Shown: positions 25,133-34,144 of the stretch, in pieces | How the letters are laid out: every line of letters starts with the position of its first letter | How positions within the stretch are numbered: the first letter of the stretch is position 1 | Origin: a virus | Taxonomy: Duplodnaviria > Caudoviricetes | Virus record (IMG/VR): IMGVR_UViG_3300033514_000249 | Coordinates: 1-43,311 of that record | Length of the DNA: 43,311 nucleotides | Direction: 5' to 3' (one strand) | Notes under the pieces: model-generated | Database searches by the model: none | Told to the model about the DNA's origin: nothing | What the model saw: the letters and a program-made list of their open reading frames with translations, nothing else | Program-made: the position numbers and the translations under genes

Positions 25133-25486
25133 ATGATAACTAAATTTAAACAATTCGTAAATGAAAATTATAAAATCTTTGAGTTTAATGAAATAACTAA
25201 AGATGATATTATCACTATTGATAAATTAGCAGAAATGATATTAAGACCATTAAAAGGTAATATGACACCGGAAGTTGAACAACAAATGTTAAAATATAAC
25301 ATTGAAAAACTTAATCAAATATTAAATGAAGGTGATCCTACATATGGAAAAGGAAATTCAGGTGTTATCAAATTTTTTAATAAACAACTTAGAAACACAG
25401 TTGCAATAAAATCATGGGGTCCCGGTACATTTATATTAAATCCAAAGGAAGTAGATTTTATAAAGAATAAAGAATATGCATATTAA
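25133..25486 (+). CDS. Hypothetical protein with CTS-like leader
   Basis: MITKFKQFVNEN. Confidence 0.7.
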   Translation: MITKFKQFVNENYKIFEFNEITKDDIITIDKLAEMILRPLKGNMTPEVEQQMLKYNIEKLNQILNEGDPTYGKGNSGVIKFFNKQLRNTVAIKSWGPGTFILNPKEVDFIKNKEYAY

Positions 25487-25863
25487 TACACAAACCAATG
25501 TGTATCGTGGATAACAATATGACTATTAATATTTTTACCAAAAAATCCATCTTTTGCAAATTCATTTAAATTATTTTTTAATTGTTTAAGAAAAATATAT
25601 CTTGTACTATCACATGCAAAATTATAAATAATATTATTATTTTGATTTTGTTTATTTATATGAGATGGAATAGTTAATCTATGAATAGTGTATTTTATAT
25701 TATTACTTTTTTCAAATGTAAACCCATCTTTACAAATGTAGAATACTGAATTTGGAAATTCATGTACAAGTTTATCTACATAAACTAATGACAATTGTAT
25801 CCCACTTGTATTGATGAGTTCTAATTTTAAACACATTTTTAATCTATCTATTTCCGGTTTCAT
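25483..25863 (-). CDS. Hypothetical protein; distant paralog of 25868-26260
   Basis: Shared KDGF.....N, F..D..RY..LK..KN.L.E and terminal W.(V/I). Confidence 0.65.
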   Translation of the reverse strand: MKPEIDRLKMCLKLELINTSGIQLSLVYVDKLVHEFPNSVFYICKDGFTFEKSNNIKYTIHRLTIPSHINKQNQNNNIIYNFACDSTRYIFLKQLKNNLNEFAKDGFFGKNINSHIVIHDTHWFVY

Positions 25864-25867
25864 GATT

Positions 25868-26260
25868 TTAAAAAATTATCCACACTTTGTTAGTAAAAGA
25901 AATTTTTGCATTATCACTATCATTATACCCCTTCCAATGTTCCGATTTAGACCATTCTAATAGACAATTTTTCATTGTTTTTAAATATTTGTATCTTTCA
26001 TCATCTGAAACAAACATTAGTCTATCACTCTGTAAATTAGTTGCAGGGAAATTAGTAGGTAATGTTAAAATTTTAGTTTTATAAAGGGTAAGTTTATTAC
26101 CTTTAGAAATCATAAATCCATCTTTAGATAAGAATGATTTCTTATCTTTATAATTATCAAAAAAATGTTTATTTAAGAGTACTAATACTACCTTTAAGAC
26201 CTTATCTTCTGATAAGTCAAATCTTAATATTAACTTTGGTGGTTTTGTGTATCCTATCAT
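25868..26260 (-). CDS. Hypothetical protein; distant paralog of 25483-25863
   Basis: Same shared motifs as 25483-25863. Confidence 0.65.
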   Translation of the reverse strand: MIGYTKPPKLILRFDLSEDKVLKVVLVLLNKHFFDNYKDKKSFLSKDGFMISKGNKLTLYKTKILTLPTNFPATNLQSDRLMFVSDDERYKYLKTMKNCLLEWSKSEHWKGYNDSDNAKISFTNKVWIIF

Positions 26261-26266
26261 TTTAAA

Positions 26267-26860
26267 TTAATTAATATATTTTTCAAAATGTTCTTTAAAA
26301 ATTGATGAAATATTAACATAAACAGTATCATTTACTGGGTATGGGAAAATATTTTGATACCTTACTTTATCTACATCTACTTGATTAAAATAAAATAATT
26401 TATCATATGTACAATATGTATCACTACTTGATGGGTTATTAATTATTATACTAACAAAATATCTATCATCATTTGGGTTAATTTTAGGTATTTGTCCATC
26501 ATAAACATATTTATATCTCCAACAAACATAATCACCTTTTTTCATCCAAGTATAAGTACTTCTGTTATTAACAGAATCAGTAGAAAATGGAAATTGAAAT
26601 TTCTTAAAACTTAAACTATCAATTTTTTGAATTAATTTTGTTCTGTTATTGATAAGACTATCAATATCATTAGTAATCTTAAATACAACACCATCAATAT
26701 CATGGGTATATTCTTCGATAAAATAATTTCTTACTTTAACAACAGTATCAAGAGGGGTGATTTCATCTAATGGTGCAGATAGAGTAGTAATAACATCATC
26801 ATTTTTCTGACAAGATATTAAACAAATTGAAAAAATAAAAAGTAAAATAAATGTTTTCAT
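26267..26860 (-). CDS. Predicted lipoprotein (start revised to MKTFILLF)
   Basis: Signal peptide II MKTFILLFIFSICLIS-CQKNDD; the annotated upstream start overlaps the promoter. Confidence 0.7.
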   Translation of the reverse strand: MKTFILLFIFSICLISCQKNDDVITTLSAPLDEITPLDTVVKVRNYFIEEYTHDIDGVVFKITNDIDSLINNRTKLIQKIDSLSFKKFQFPFSTDSVNNRSTYTWMKKGDYVCWRYKYVYDGQIPKINPNDDRYFVSIIINNPSSSDTYCTYDKLFYFNQVDVDKVRYQNIFPYPVNDTVYVNISSIFKEHFEKYIN

Positions 26861-26885
26861 ATGAATAGATTTAATTAATAATGTA

Positions 26886-26917
26886 CAAAGATACATATAA
26901 TATTTTGAAAAAACAAA
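26886..26917 (-). promoter_or_regulatory. Bacteroidota-type -33/-7 promoter
   Basis: TTTG-N20-TATCTTTG. Confidence 0.7.
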
Positions 26918-26923
26918 TTATTT

Positions 26924-27496
26924 TTACTTTTTTCTACTTTCAGTAAGCATTCTTCTTATTAATTCTTCTATGGTTACATTTTTTAAGTCTATATCATCAA
27001 CAATAAAAGCATCTTCTAATACTTCTTTAATTACTCTTACATCAATACTTCTTTTAATTCTTATAGGTTTATCAAGTATAGGTGAATCTTCATCATCTTC
27101 AATTTCTTTTTCTTTAGGTGTTTCTTTTTTACCTTTAAATAATCCACCTGTTTTACTTCTACTGAATTCTTCTTTTAATGTTTTAATAATACTTTCTATA
27201 TTAATTTCATTAAATGTAAATGTAAAGTCATATTCTGGTTCACCAATTGGAAATGCATAAATTGATATATTATCATCTAACATTTTAATTCCAACACTTA
27301 AATCCTTTTTATTACCAGTTTTAAGTATAATTTCATGTCCTCTATCATATTCAATTTTAAATTCTTCTGGTATATCAGGCATTATTTCTTCTTTGATTCT
27401 TTTATATAATTTATCCATAAAAGAAACTTTTTCTGGTTGAGGAAATTTTATATCATCCCATTCATATAACTTTTTAAAATCTTTAAAACTTTTCAT
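26924..27496 (-). CDS. Hypothetical protein with CTS-like leader
   Basis: MKSFKDFKKLYE. Confidence 0.7.
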   Translation of the reverse strand: MKSFKDFKKLYEWDDIKFPQPEKVSFMDKLYKRIKEEIMPDIPEEFKIEYDRGHEIILKTGNKKDLSVGIKMLDDNISIYAFPIGEPEYDFTFTFNEINIESIIKTLKEEFSRSKTGGLFKGKKETPKEKEIEDDEDSPILDKPIRIKRSIDVRVIKEVLEDAFIVDDIDLKNVTIEELIRRMLTESRKK

Positions 27497-28154
27497 AATC
27501 TTTTAATAATTTAATAATTTTTTTATTCTTTAATTTAATAGCATAATCTAATGCTTCTTCATTATATGCACCCTTTCTTAATAAAGTATCAACTATATTT
27601 GGTCTGCCTAATCCAATTGCGTATAATAACATATTAGTACTTGGATGAACATCATTATCTAATATTAAATGAACTATTGGATTAGAACCAATTGATATTG
27701 CGTATCTTAATTCATCATCTTCTGGTTCTAATCCTAATGAAATTAAATATTCAACAACTTCATAACTACCTGTTCTAACTGCAGATGAAAGTATATCACT
27801 CCTAAGAAGTTCAACATTATCTTTATTTATAAATAATTTAACCATTTCATAATTACCTGTTCTAATTAATCCATTAACCATAAAATCATCAAATACAAAA
27901 TATTCTGATAATGATTTAACAAGTTCTAAATTATTATTTTGAATAGCACCATTTAACATCTTTTCATTTTTATCACCTTTATATATTTCATCTTTTTCTT
28001 CTTCTGTATAAAATTCACCCATATCATAATCTTCTATCTTATCTAATCTTTCAGAAAATCTTAATTTATCTAATGATTTTTTAACATCCTCTTTAGATTT
28101 AGGTGTCATTAAATCTCTAATACTTTCATTTATAAATTGGTTATATGTTTTCAT
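27483..28154 (-). CDS. Ankyrin-repeat protein with CTS-like leader and SIRDLM module
   Basis: MKTYNQFINESIRDLMTPKS; repeats AIQNNNLELVKSL, AVRTGSYEVVEYLISLG, AIGLGRPNIVDTLLRKGA. Confidence 0.8.
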   Translation of the reverse strand: MKTYNQFINESIRDLMTPKSKEDVKKSLDKLRFSERLDKIEDYDMGEFYTEEEKDEIYKGDKNEKMLNGAIQNNNLELVKSLSEYFVFDDFMVNGLIRTGNYEMVKLFINKDNVELLRSDILSSAVRTGSYEVVEYLISLGLEPEDDELRYAISIGSNPIVHLILDNDVHPSTNMLLYAIGLGRPNIVDTLLRKGAYNEEALDYAIKLKNKKIIKLLKDYEKF

Positions 28155-28156
28155 TC

Positions 28157-28948
28157 TTAATTAGTTTTTTTCCAAATATAGTAATCTTCACCATATTTAT
28201 TCACATAAGTAAAACTTGATACTTTTGTTATTAAATCTAAAATTTGTTTTTCTTGTACCAATGAATCAACTGCTTCTTTTAATTTTGATTTTTCCATTAA
28301 AGTATGAGGTTTAATTCTTATTCCCATATAATCAATTTGTTCTGGTATTTGTGTAAATACACCACTTACTATTTTCTTTACAATATTTTCTTTCATTTTC
28401 ATTATCTGATGTTTAGAAATTATCATAGCATCAAAAGAAACCCTATTATTCTTTAATACATCTGCTTGAAAATCAGTAATACTATATACACAATATTTAG
28501 AATTCTTACTATCAACATATTCCGGTTTAGTTTTGAAAAAAGAAGCAATAATATCCTTATCTTCTTCTGAATATTCTAAATCAGCAAATAAGTATTCTGC
28601 TGTAATATCATCACCTTCTAATACAATTGCAGATTCATTTAAAAATTGACTAAATCTTATCACAGTGTTTTCTGATAATTTTTTTGTTTCTACTTCTGAC
28701 TTTTTATCTAATATAATTTTCTTTAACATAATCTTAACAAATCCAGGATAATCTTCTTCATCTGTGAAATACCTTCTTCCTGCATAATTTATATCATTTA
28801 AAAATGTTTTAAATGATTTTTTAATACTTATATATCTTTCAATATCATATATATTTACACCTTCACTTATATATCTTTCAATTAATGTATCTATTGCTTT
28901 GTAAATATCATCTTTTGCTTGTCTTTCTAATTCTCTACTTAATGGCAT
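28157..28948 (-). CDS. Hypothetical protein with an internal CTS-like motif
   Basis: Internal VIRFSQFLNES; TTAATATATA at 28970-28979. Confidence 0.7.
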   Translation of the reverse strand: MPLSRELERQAKDDIYKAIDTLIERYISEGVNIYDIERYISIKKSFKTFLNDINYAGRRYFTDEEDYPGFVKIMLKKIILDKKSEVETKKLSENTVIRFSQFLNESAIVLEGDDITAEYLFADLEYSEEDKDIIASFFKTKPEYVDSKNSKYCVYSITDFQADVLKNNRVSFDAMIISKHQIMKMKENIVKKIVSGVFTQIPEQIDYMGIRIKPHTLMEKSKLKEAVDSLVQEKQILDLITKVSSFTYVNKYGEDYYIWKKTN

Positions 28949-29044
28949 AAAACAAAATATATTTTTAATTATATATTAAAAATTAATATTACAATTTTAT
29001 CATATCTTATATTTTATATATAATAAAAAATAAAGTTAAGCATT

Positions 29045-29521
29045 ATGTCATTCTTCGAAAAATTTTTAGATTTTATACAACCAACAAAGGCTCAATTAAG
29101 AAGTATGTTAGTTGGTTCTGTTGGTATTATTGGTTCTGTATATTTTATTGGTGTTAAAGTAGCTGGTTATCAAGCGACTTTTACTGAAACTAATCAAATA
29201 ACTAAAGAAAATATAGTTATGATTAAAGAAATTAAAAGTAATATAGATAATTTAAGACTTGAAAATAAAGAAAATATAGATGCACTATACCTTGATATCT
29301 TAGATATGAATGCTAGAAATAATTCTTTTATGAATACAAAATTTAATCTCCTTATTGATTATGGTAATAGTAATAAAGGTTTATTAAAGGATATGTTAAA
29401 AGTTCAAGATGAACAACAAAAACTTTATGAAGATCAAAAACTAAAAAATAAAGATTATTTAAATCCTCCTTATAAATCTGATACTACAAAACTTAGTATT
29501 GGTGTAAAAAAAGCAAATTAA
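29045..29521 (+). CDS. Single-TM coiled-coil membrane protein
   Basis: MLVGSVGIIGSVYFIGV followed by a coiled coil. Confidence 0.6.
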   Translation: MSFFEKFLDFIQPTKAQLRSMLVGSVGIIGSVYFIGVKVAGYQATFTETNQITKENIVMIKEIKSNIDNLRLENKENIDALYLDILDMNARNNSFMNTKFNLLIDYGNSNKGLLKDMLKVQDEQQKLYEDQKLKNKDYLNPPYKSDTTKLSIGVKKAN

Positions 29522-29575
29522 TTAAATAAACTTTACTTTTTTTTCTATCTATAAATTAAAAATGATTTTTAATTA

Positions 29576-30997
29576 ATGGACGATAGGGAAAAAAGACAAA
29601 GAATCAATGAACTAAGAACTCTTATTGATAATAAAAAGAAAGAAAAAGATTTTGCTAAAGCAATGCAACTTGGTCTTAAGTTAACACTTAATGGAACTTA
29701 TGGTGCGTTTGCTAATAAATATTTTGTCTGTTCAAATGCAGACATTGCCAATGCCATCACTGCACATGGTAGAGATATCAACCAATTTATGATGGAAAAT
29801 ATTGAAGAATATTTCTATAATGAATGGCACCTTGATAAAAAAGCTCATGATAATTTAGGTATAGAATATTTTGGTAAATACAATGGTAAATATGCAGCTT
29901 ATACTTTGGATTTCAGAAAATTAGGTTGGGATCATGATTCATTAGAAAGTTTAATGAAACATAAAAATATCAGTATTCATCAGTTAAAAGAAAATATATT
30001 TGAACATGATGATATTGAAGTTCTTTATCAATATGATATATGGGATTTTTCAAATGTTAAAGCACTTGATGAAAATCCAATATGGGGTGAACTTGAAGGA
30101 AGGAAAAAATATGAAGGTAAGAATCAAGTAGTAGTCTATGGTGATACTGATTCATTATATGTTACTATGTTACCACTTATGAATTCTGTTGGATTTGATA
30201 AACCACTTGATGATTTATGGGGAAAGAGATTCATTCTTCATGTTGATGAAGTTTGTATTAAACCTAAATTCAATGAACTATTATATAAATATGCTGAACA
30301 ATTTGGTGTAGTTAGTTTACATGACTTTGAACTTGAAACAATCAGTAAATCTGCATTATTCCTAAAGAAAAAACACTACTTAAATAATATAGTATATGAA
30401 GATGGTGTTCACTATGAATCACTTTCATATTTCTACCCAAAAGGTATTGAAATTATACGTTCTTCCACTCCACCATTTGTTAGAAAAAATATTTATAGAG
30501 TTATTAATTATCTATTTGCAAACCCTGGTAATATTAATATTCATGAAGTTCTTAAAATTGTAAAAGAATTAAGAAGAGAATTTGAAATGGCTGATATTGA
30601 AGATATTAGTATGACAACTTCTTGTTCTAATTATGCATCTAAATGTTTAGATGATACAGTTACATTGAATTGTGTAAAGGGTGCTCACTTTGGGGTTAAA
30701 GCTGCAGCTTTTCATAATCATCTTTTAAATAAGAATTCAGATTTTAAGACTAAATATGATATGATAAAATCAGGAAGGATAAAATATTATTATTGTAAAC
30801 ATCCACAAGGTGATGTGTTTGCTTATCTTAGAAGTTTTCATCCTACTGAAATAGTTGAAAAAGAAAGAGTAATAATTGATATTGATACCCAATTTGATAA
30901 ATCATTTTTGGTAATTGTAAATAAATTTATTGAAGTTCTTGGACTACAACCTATTAATAAAAGATTATCTGTATTAACATCATTATTTAATTTTTAA
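29576..30997 (+). CDS. Family B DNA polymerase, C-terminal subunit (split enzyme)
   Basis: Motif B KLTLNGTYG, motif C YGDTDS, KKHY, KGIEIIRSSTP; no exonuclease domain or motif A. Confidence 0.88.
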   Translation: MDDREKRQRINELRTLIDNKKKEKDFAKAMQLGLKLTLNGTYGAFANKYFVCSNADIANAITAHGRDINQFMMENIEEYFYNEWHLDKKAHDNLGIEYFGKYNGKYAAYTLDFRKLGWDHDSLESLMKHKNISIHQLKENIFEHDDIEVLYQYDIWDFSNVKALDENPIWGELEGRKKYEGKNQVVVYGDTDSLYVTMLPLMNSVGFDKPLDDLWGKRFILHVDEVCIKPKFNELLYKYAEQFGVVSLHDFELETISKSALFLKKKHYLNNIVYEDGVHYESLSYFYPKGIEIIRSSTPPFVRKNIYRVINYLFANPGNINIHEVLKIVKELRREFEMADIEDISMTTSCSNYASKCLDDTVTLNCVKGAHFGVKAAAFHNHLLNKNSDFKTKYDMIKSGRIKYYYCKHPQGDVFAYLRSFHPTEIVEKERVIIDIDTQFDKSFLVIVNKFIEVLGLQPINKRLSVLTSLFNF

Positions 30998-31453
30998 ATT
31001 TAATATATACTAAAAAATAGTATTTTAATAATGATAATTAAATTTAATGAATTTCTTAATGAATCTTTTGATAATAGAAAGAATACTCTTATAGTTATTC
31101 AATCACCAGAAGAATATCATAAAATTACAAATGATTTTATTAAGTGGGGGTATGAATATTTTATGGAAGGTGATTGGGATGAAGAAGAATTAGAAGATGA
31201 TGGTAATTATCCTTTTATAATAACTACTTATAAATTTGATGGTTTTTATATTGATTTAATGGATAATGATAATATTGAAGATTCTGAGTTTGAATATAAT
31301 TTTTATCATAGTATAGATGATTTTTATTCAGATGTAAATTGTGTTATTTTTCTTAAAAAGAAAGGTGTTATTAAACCGGATTATAGACCAAGAAGAAAAT
31401 TAATAGAAAATTTAAATGAATCATTTGATATTAAAAAAGAAGTTGTTATTCAT

Positions 31454-32810
31454 ATGAACTACCAACTACACTAAAGATGTAGTGGTTTCAAGGTTCACAA
31501 CCTCTTCTACTGAAGACGACTCCCCTTGTTTTTGTTTTATATCCGACTCAATCCCTGAACCAGATAATATTTTTAATCCTTGATTTAATATATTTAAACT
31601 TGCATTTAAATCTCTATTATGATTTGTATTACAAGAAGGACAAGTCCATTCTCTGTCTTTTAAAGTCAAGTCATCTTTAATGTAATTACAGATGTTACAC
31701 ATTTTACTAGATGGAAAAAATCTATCAATCATTATAACTGTTTTATCATTCCAGTTTGATTTATATTCTAACATAGAATATAACTCACCCAATCCAACAT
31801 CAGCAAAAGACAAAGCCAATTTATGGTTTTTCATTAGATTTTTCACAGCAAGGTCTTCAATACAAATAATATCGTGGTTTTTGACTATTTCTGTAGTAAC
31901 TTTGTGTAAGTAATCCCTTCTAACATTGGTTATTCTTTCATGTATTATAGCAAGTTTTTGTTTGTAAATTAATCTATTTTTACTTCCCTTTGATTTTTTG
32001 GAAAATTGTCTTTGATTATATTTTAATTTTTTAATGTTTTTTCTTAAAGTTTTAATATTTTCATATACCTTACCATCTGAAAGTATTGCTAAATCTTTTA
32101 ATCCAGTATCAATTCCAACATTAGAATTGGTTTTTTCATATTGTTGGTGTTGAACTTCACAAGTCATAGAAATATAATACTTATTAGTAACAGTTTTTGA
32201 AATAGTACCAAACATTATTTTACCTTCAATTTCTCGGTGTAATTTAATTTTAATTCCTTGTTTAAACTTTGGTATCCATAATTGTTCTTCTTCAATTGTT
32301 ATTGACTGAGGAATTGTAAATGATTGTTTAGTATATTTATTTTTAAACTTCGGAAATTTTGATTGTCTTCTAAAAAATCTATTGTATGAAATGTCTAAAT
32401 GTTTTAATGTAGATTGTAATGATTGACTATTTATTTCTTTTAACCAAATATAATTCTCATCCTTTTTTAATTGTGTTAAGTTATTTGCATTGTCATGATA
32501 ATTTAAAGTATTTTTATTATTTAAATATTCATCCTTTCTTTCATTTAAATAATGATTAAATATGAATCTACAAGCACCAAAATGTTTTGATAATAACACT
32601 TGTTGATCCTTTGTTGGATCAATTCTAAACTTATATGACTTAAATATTGTTTTCATTATAAGTATATATTAAACTTTAAAAGTCATTTTTTATCAAAAAT
32701 AATTTTTTTAGTAAAAAATATTAAAACTTTTAATTATTTTCAAAATATAAAGTGTAATTGAAATTCATCCACACAAACTAAAGATTTGTGGGTTTTCTTT
32801 CAACTAAAAG
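31454..32810 (-). mobile_element. IS200/IS605-family (tnpB-only, IS1341-like) element, 1357 bp
   Basis: Related subterminal hairpins (ccacaaatctttagtttgtgtgg and ccactacatctttagtgtagttgg), right end ...GTTCAT, TTTAT just outside the left end, no target duplication. Confidence 0.85.
31466..32656 (-). CDS. tnpB: TnpB RNA-guided endonuclease
   Basis: KSYKFRIDP..FGACRFIFN; RuvC GIDTG, IEDL, RDLNASLN; Zn ribbon CNIC..CPSC. Confidence 0.93.
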   Translation of the reverse strand: MKTIFKSYKFRIDPTKDQQVLLSKHFGACRFIFNHYLNERKDEYLNNKNTLNYHDNANNLTQLKKDENYIWLKEINSQSLQSTLKHLDISYNRFFRRQSKFPKFKNKYTKQSFTIPQSITIEEEQLWIPKFKQGIKIKLHREIEGKIMFGTISKTVTNKYYISMTCEVQHQQYEKTNSNVGIDTGLKDLAILSDGKVYENIKTLRKNIKKLKYNQRQFSKKSKGSKNRLIYKQKLAIIHERITNVRRDYLHKVTTEIVKNHDIICIEDLAVKNLMKNHKLALSFADVGLGELYSMLEYKSNWNDKTVIMIDRFFPSSKMCNICNYIKDDLTLKDREWTCPSCNTNHNRDLNASLNILNQGLKILSGSGIESDIKQKQGESSSVEEVVNLETTTSLV

Positions 32811-33116
32811 ATAAATAAGGTAGAAGAATACCATCAAATAAAAGAATATTTAGATGAATGGGGATATAAAGATGATGGTGGTATAAGTGATGAAGATTTA
32901 GAAGATGCTATGTATTACCCACTTATAATTGCATTTTATTACTCTACTAAAGGTGAATATATGATTTATATTGATGATCCTTATCAAGAACGATTTGAAG
33001 AAGGTGAAGAAGAACATTATTATAATGTGTATAATTCAGTTGATGAATTTTTATCAGATATAAAATGTGTTAATTATGTTAAAAATAAATGTGTCTTAGT
33101 TCCAAACTATAAACCA

Positions 33117-33151
33117 AAAAAAAGAGGATAATTTTCATTATCCTCTTTTTT
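33117..33151. terminator. Bidirectional intrinsic terminator
   Basis: aaaaaagaggataat-tttc-attatcctctttttt. Confidence 0.85.
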
Positions 33152-33165
33152 ATTTTAAAAATATT

Positions 33166-33453
33166 TTAGAAATTTTTTACTGACCTTGATATTAAATTAG
33201 CACCATTAGGGAGTTCACTCATATCATAAATACCAGGGATTGATGGGAATATATTAATTCCTGATTTATAATAAGTACTTCCACCTTTAAGTGTACTGGT
33301 CCAATAATATTGTTTATTTGTTATATTAAGTTTAGAATTATCTACAAGTGCAGCATTTAATAATTTATGCATTTCATCTAAAGTAGGTTCTTTTTCACAA
33401 GAAACCATAAACAATGAAGTAAAAATAACTAATAAGAAGATAATTTTTTTCAT
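33166..33453 (-). CDS. Predicted small lipoprotein
   Basis: MKKIIFLLVIFTSLFMVS-CEKE. Confidence 0.7.
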   Translation of the reverse strand: MKKIIFLLVIFTSLFMVSCEKEPTLDEMHKLLNAALVDNSKLNITNKQYYWTSTLKGGSTYYKSGINIFPSIPGIYDMSELPNGANLISRSVKNF

Positions 33454-33482
33454 ATTTTATTTGTTTTTAATTAATAATGACA

Positions 33483-33514
33483 CAAAGATAGATACTATTT
33501 TTGAATCTACCAAA
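33483..33514 (-). promoter_or_regulatory. Bacteroidota-type -33/-7 promoter
   Basis: TTTG-N20-TATCTTTG. Confidence 0.7.
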
Positions 33515-33563
33515 TAATTTAACAAATATTTAACAAAAAAAATTAAACTTTTTCTTTTTCCTA

Positions 33564-34004
33564 TTATCTTGTATGTAAAGTTTCTGAATAACCATCTTCT
33601 AACCAAAGAGTTACAACTTCTTCATGTCCAGAAAAAGTAATAATACCTCTTTCACTAATTTGAAAATTACCTGGTTCATATATTGAAACTATAAAAACTG
33701 GTACATCATTTTTAAATACTACATAACCAAATTCATATCTTTCTGATGCCATTTCACATTTATAATTATCACCATTAAACATTATTCCTGCTGAATCTTT
33801 TGGTTTATATTTATTATATGTATAAAATTTGACTATGGTTTCATCACCATTTTCAAAATATTCTTTTTTACAATTAATGAACTTAACATCTGATGGTAAA
33901 TCACCCATTTTAAATTTATTAATAGAATAATCTTTACCTTCTACTGGTTCTGTAATAATATTGAATGATTCATTCATTTCATTAACTTTTTTAATTTTTG
34001 CCAT
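33564..34004 (-). CDS. Hypothetical protein with CTS-like leader
   Basis: MAKIKKVNEMNES. Confidence 0.7.
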   Translation of the reverse strand: MAKIKKVNEMNESFNIITEPVEGKDYSINKFKMGDLPSDVKFINCKKEYFENGDETIVKFYTYNKYKPKDSAGIMFNGDNYKCEMASERYEFGYVVFKNDVPVFIVSIYEPGNFQISERGIITFSGHEEVVTLWLEDGYSETLHTR

Positions 34005-34009
34005 ATTTT

Positions 34010-34144
34010 TTATTTATTTTTAATTTTACAATTACAATTACCATCCTTACAATTATCTTTAGGAATAAGTGCCTTAAATACTTGATATATAGCATATAAT
34101 ATTGCTGATCCAAATAAAATTAAAGCACCTACTTCTTGTTCCAT
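34010..34144 (-). CDS. 44-aa TM peptide with Cys-rich tail (resembles FeoB-associated Cys-rich peptides), not in the supplied ORF track
   Basis: MEQEVGALILFGSAILYAIYQVFKALIPKDNCKDGNCNCKIKNK; starts right after the gltX stop. Confidence 0.55.
   Translation of the reverse strand: MEQEVGALILFGSAILYAIYQVFKALIPKDNCKDGNCNCKIKNK

Larger units (their letters stand above)
31031..33131 (+). pseudogene. Two-repeat protein gene split by an IS (31031-31453 + 32811-33131)
   Basis: Removing 31454-32810 gives in-frame ...EVVIH|INKVEEYHQI..WGY, matching the first repeat LIVIQSPEEYHKI..WGY. Both repeats end P.Y(R/K)P(R/K)(R/K). Confidence 0.8.

Noticed and set aside
29045-29521. Holin or spanin
   Set aside because: Only a TM plus coiled coil; no endolysin or partner lipoprotein adjacent.
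31454-32810. IStron (self-splicing IS) that would restore the split gene
   Set aside because: The element is antisense to the host gene and has no group I core motifs.
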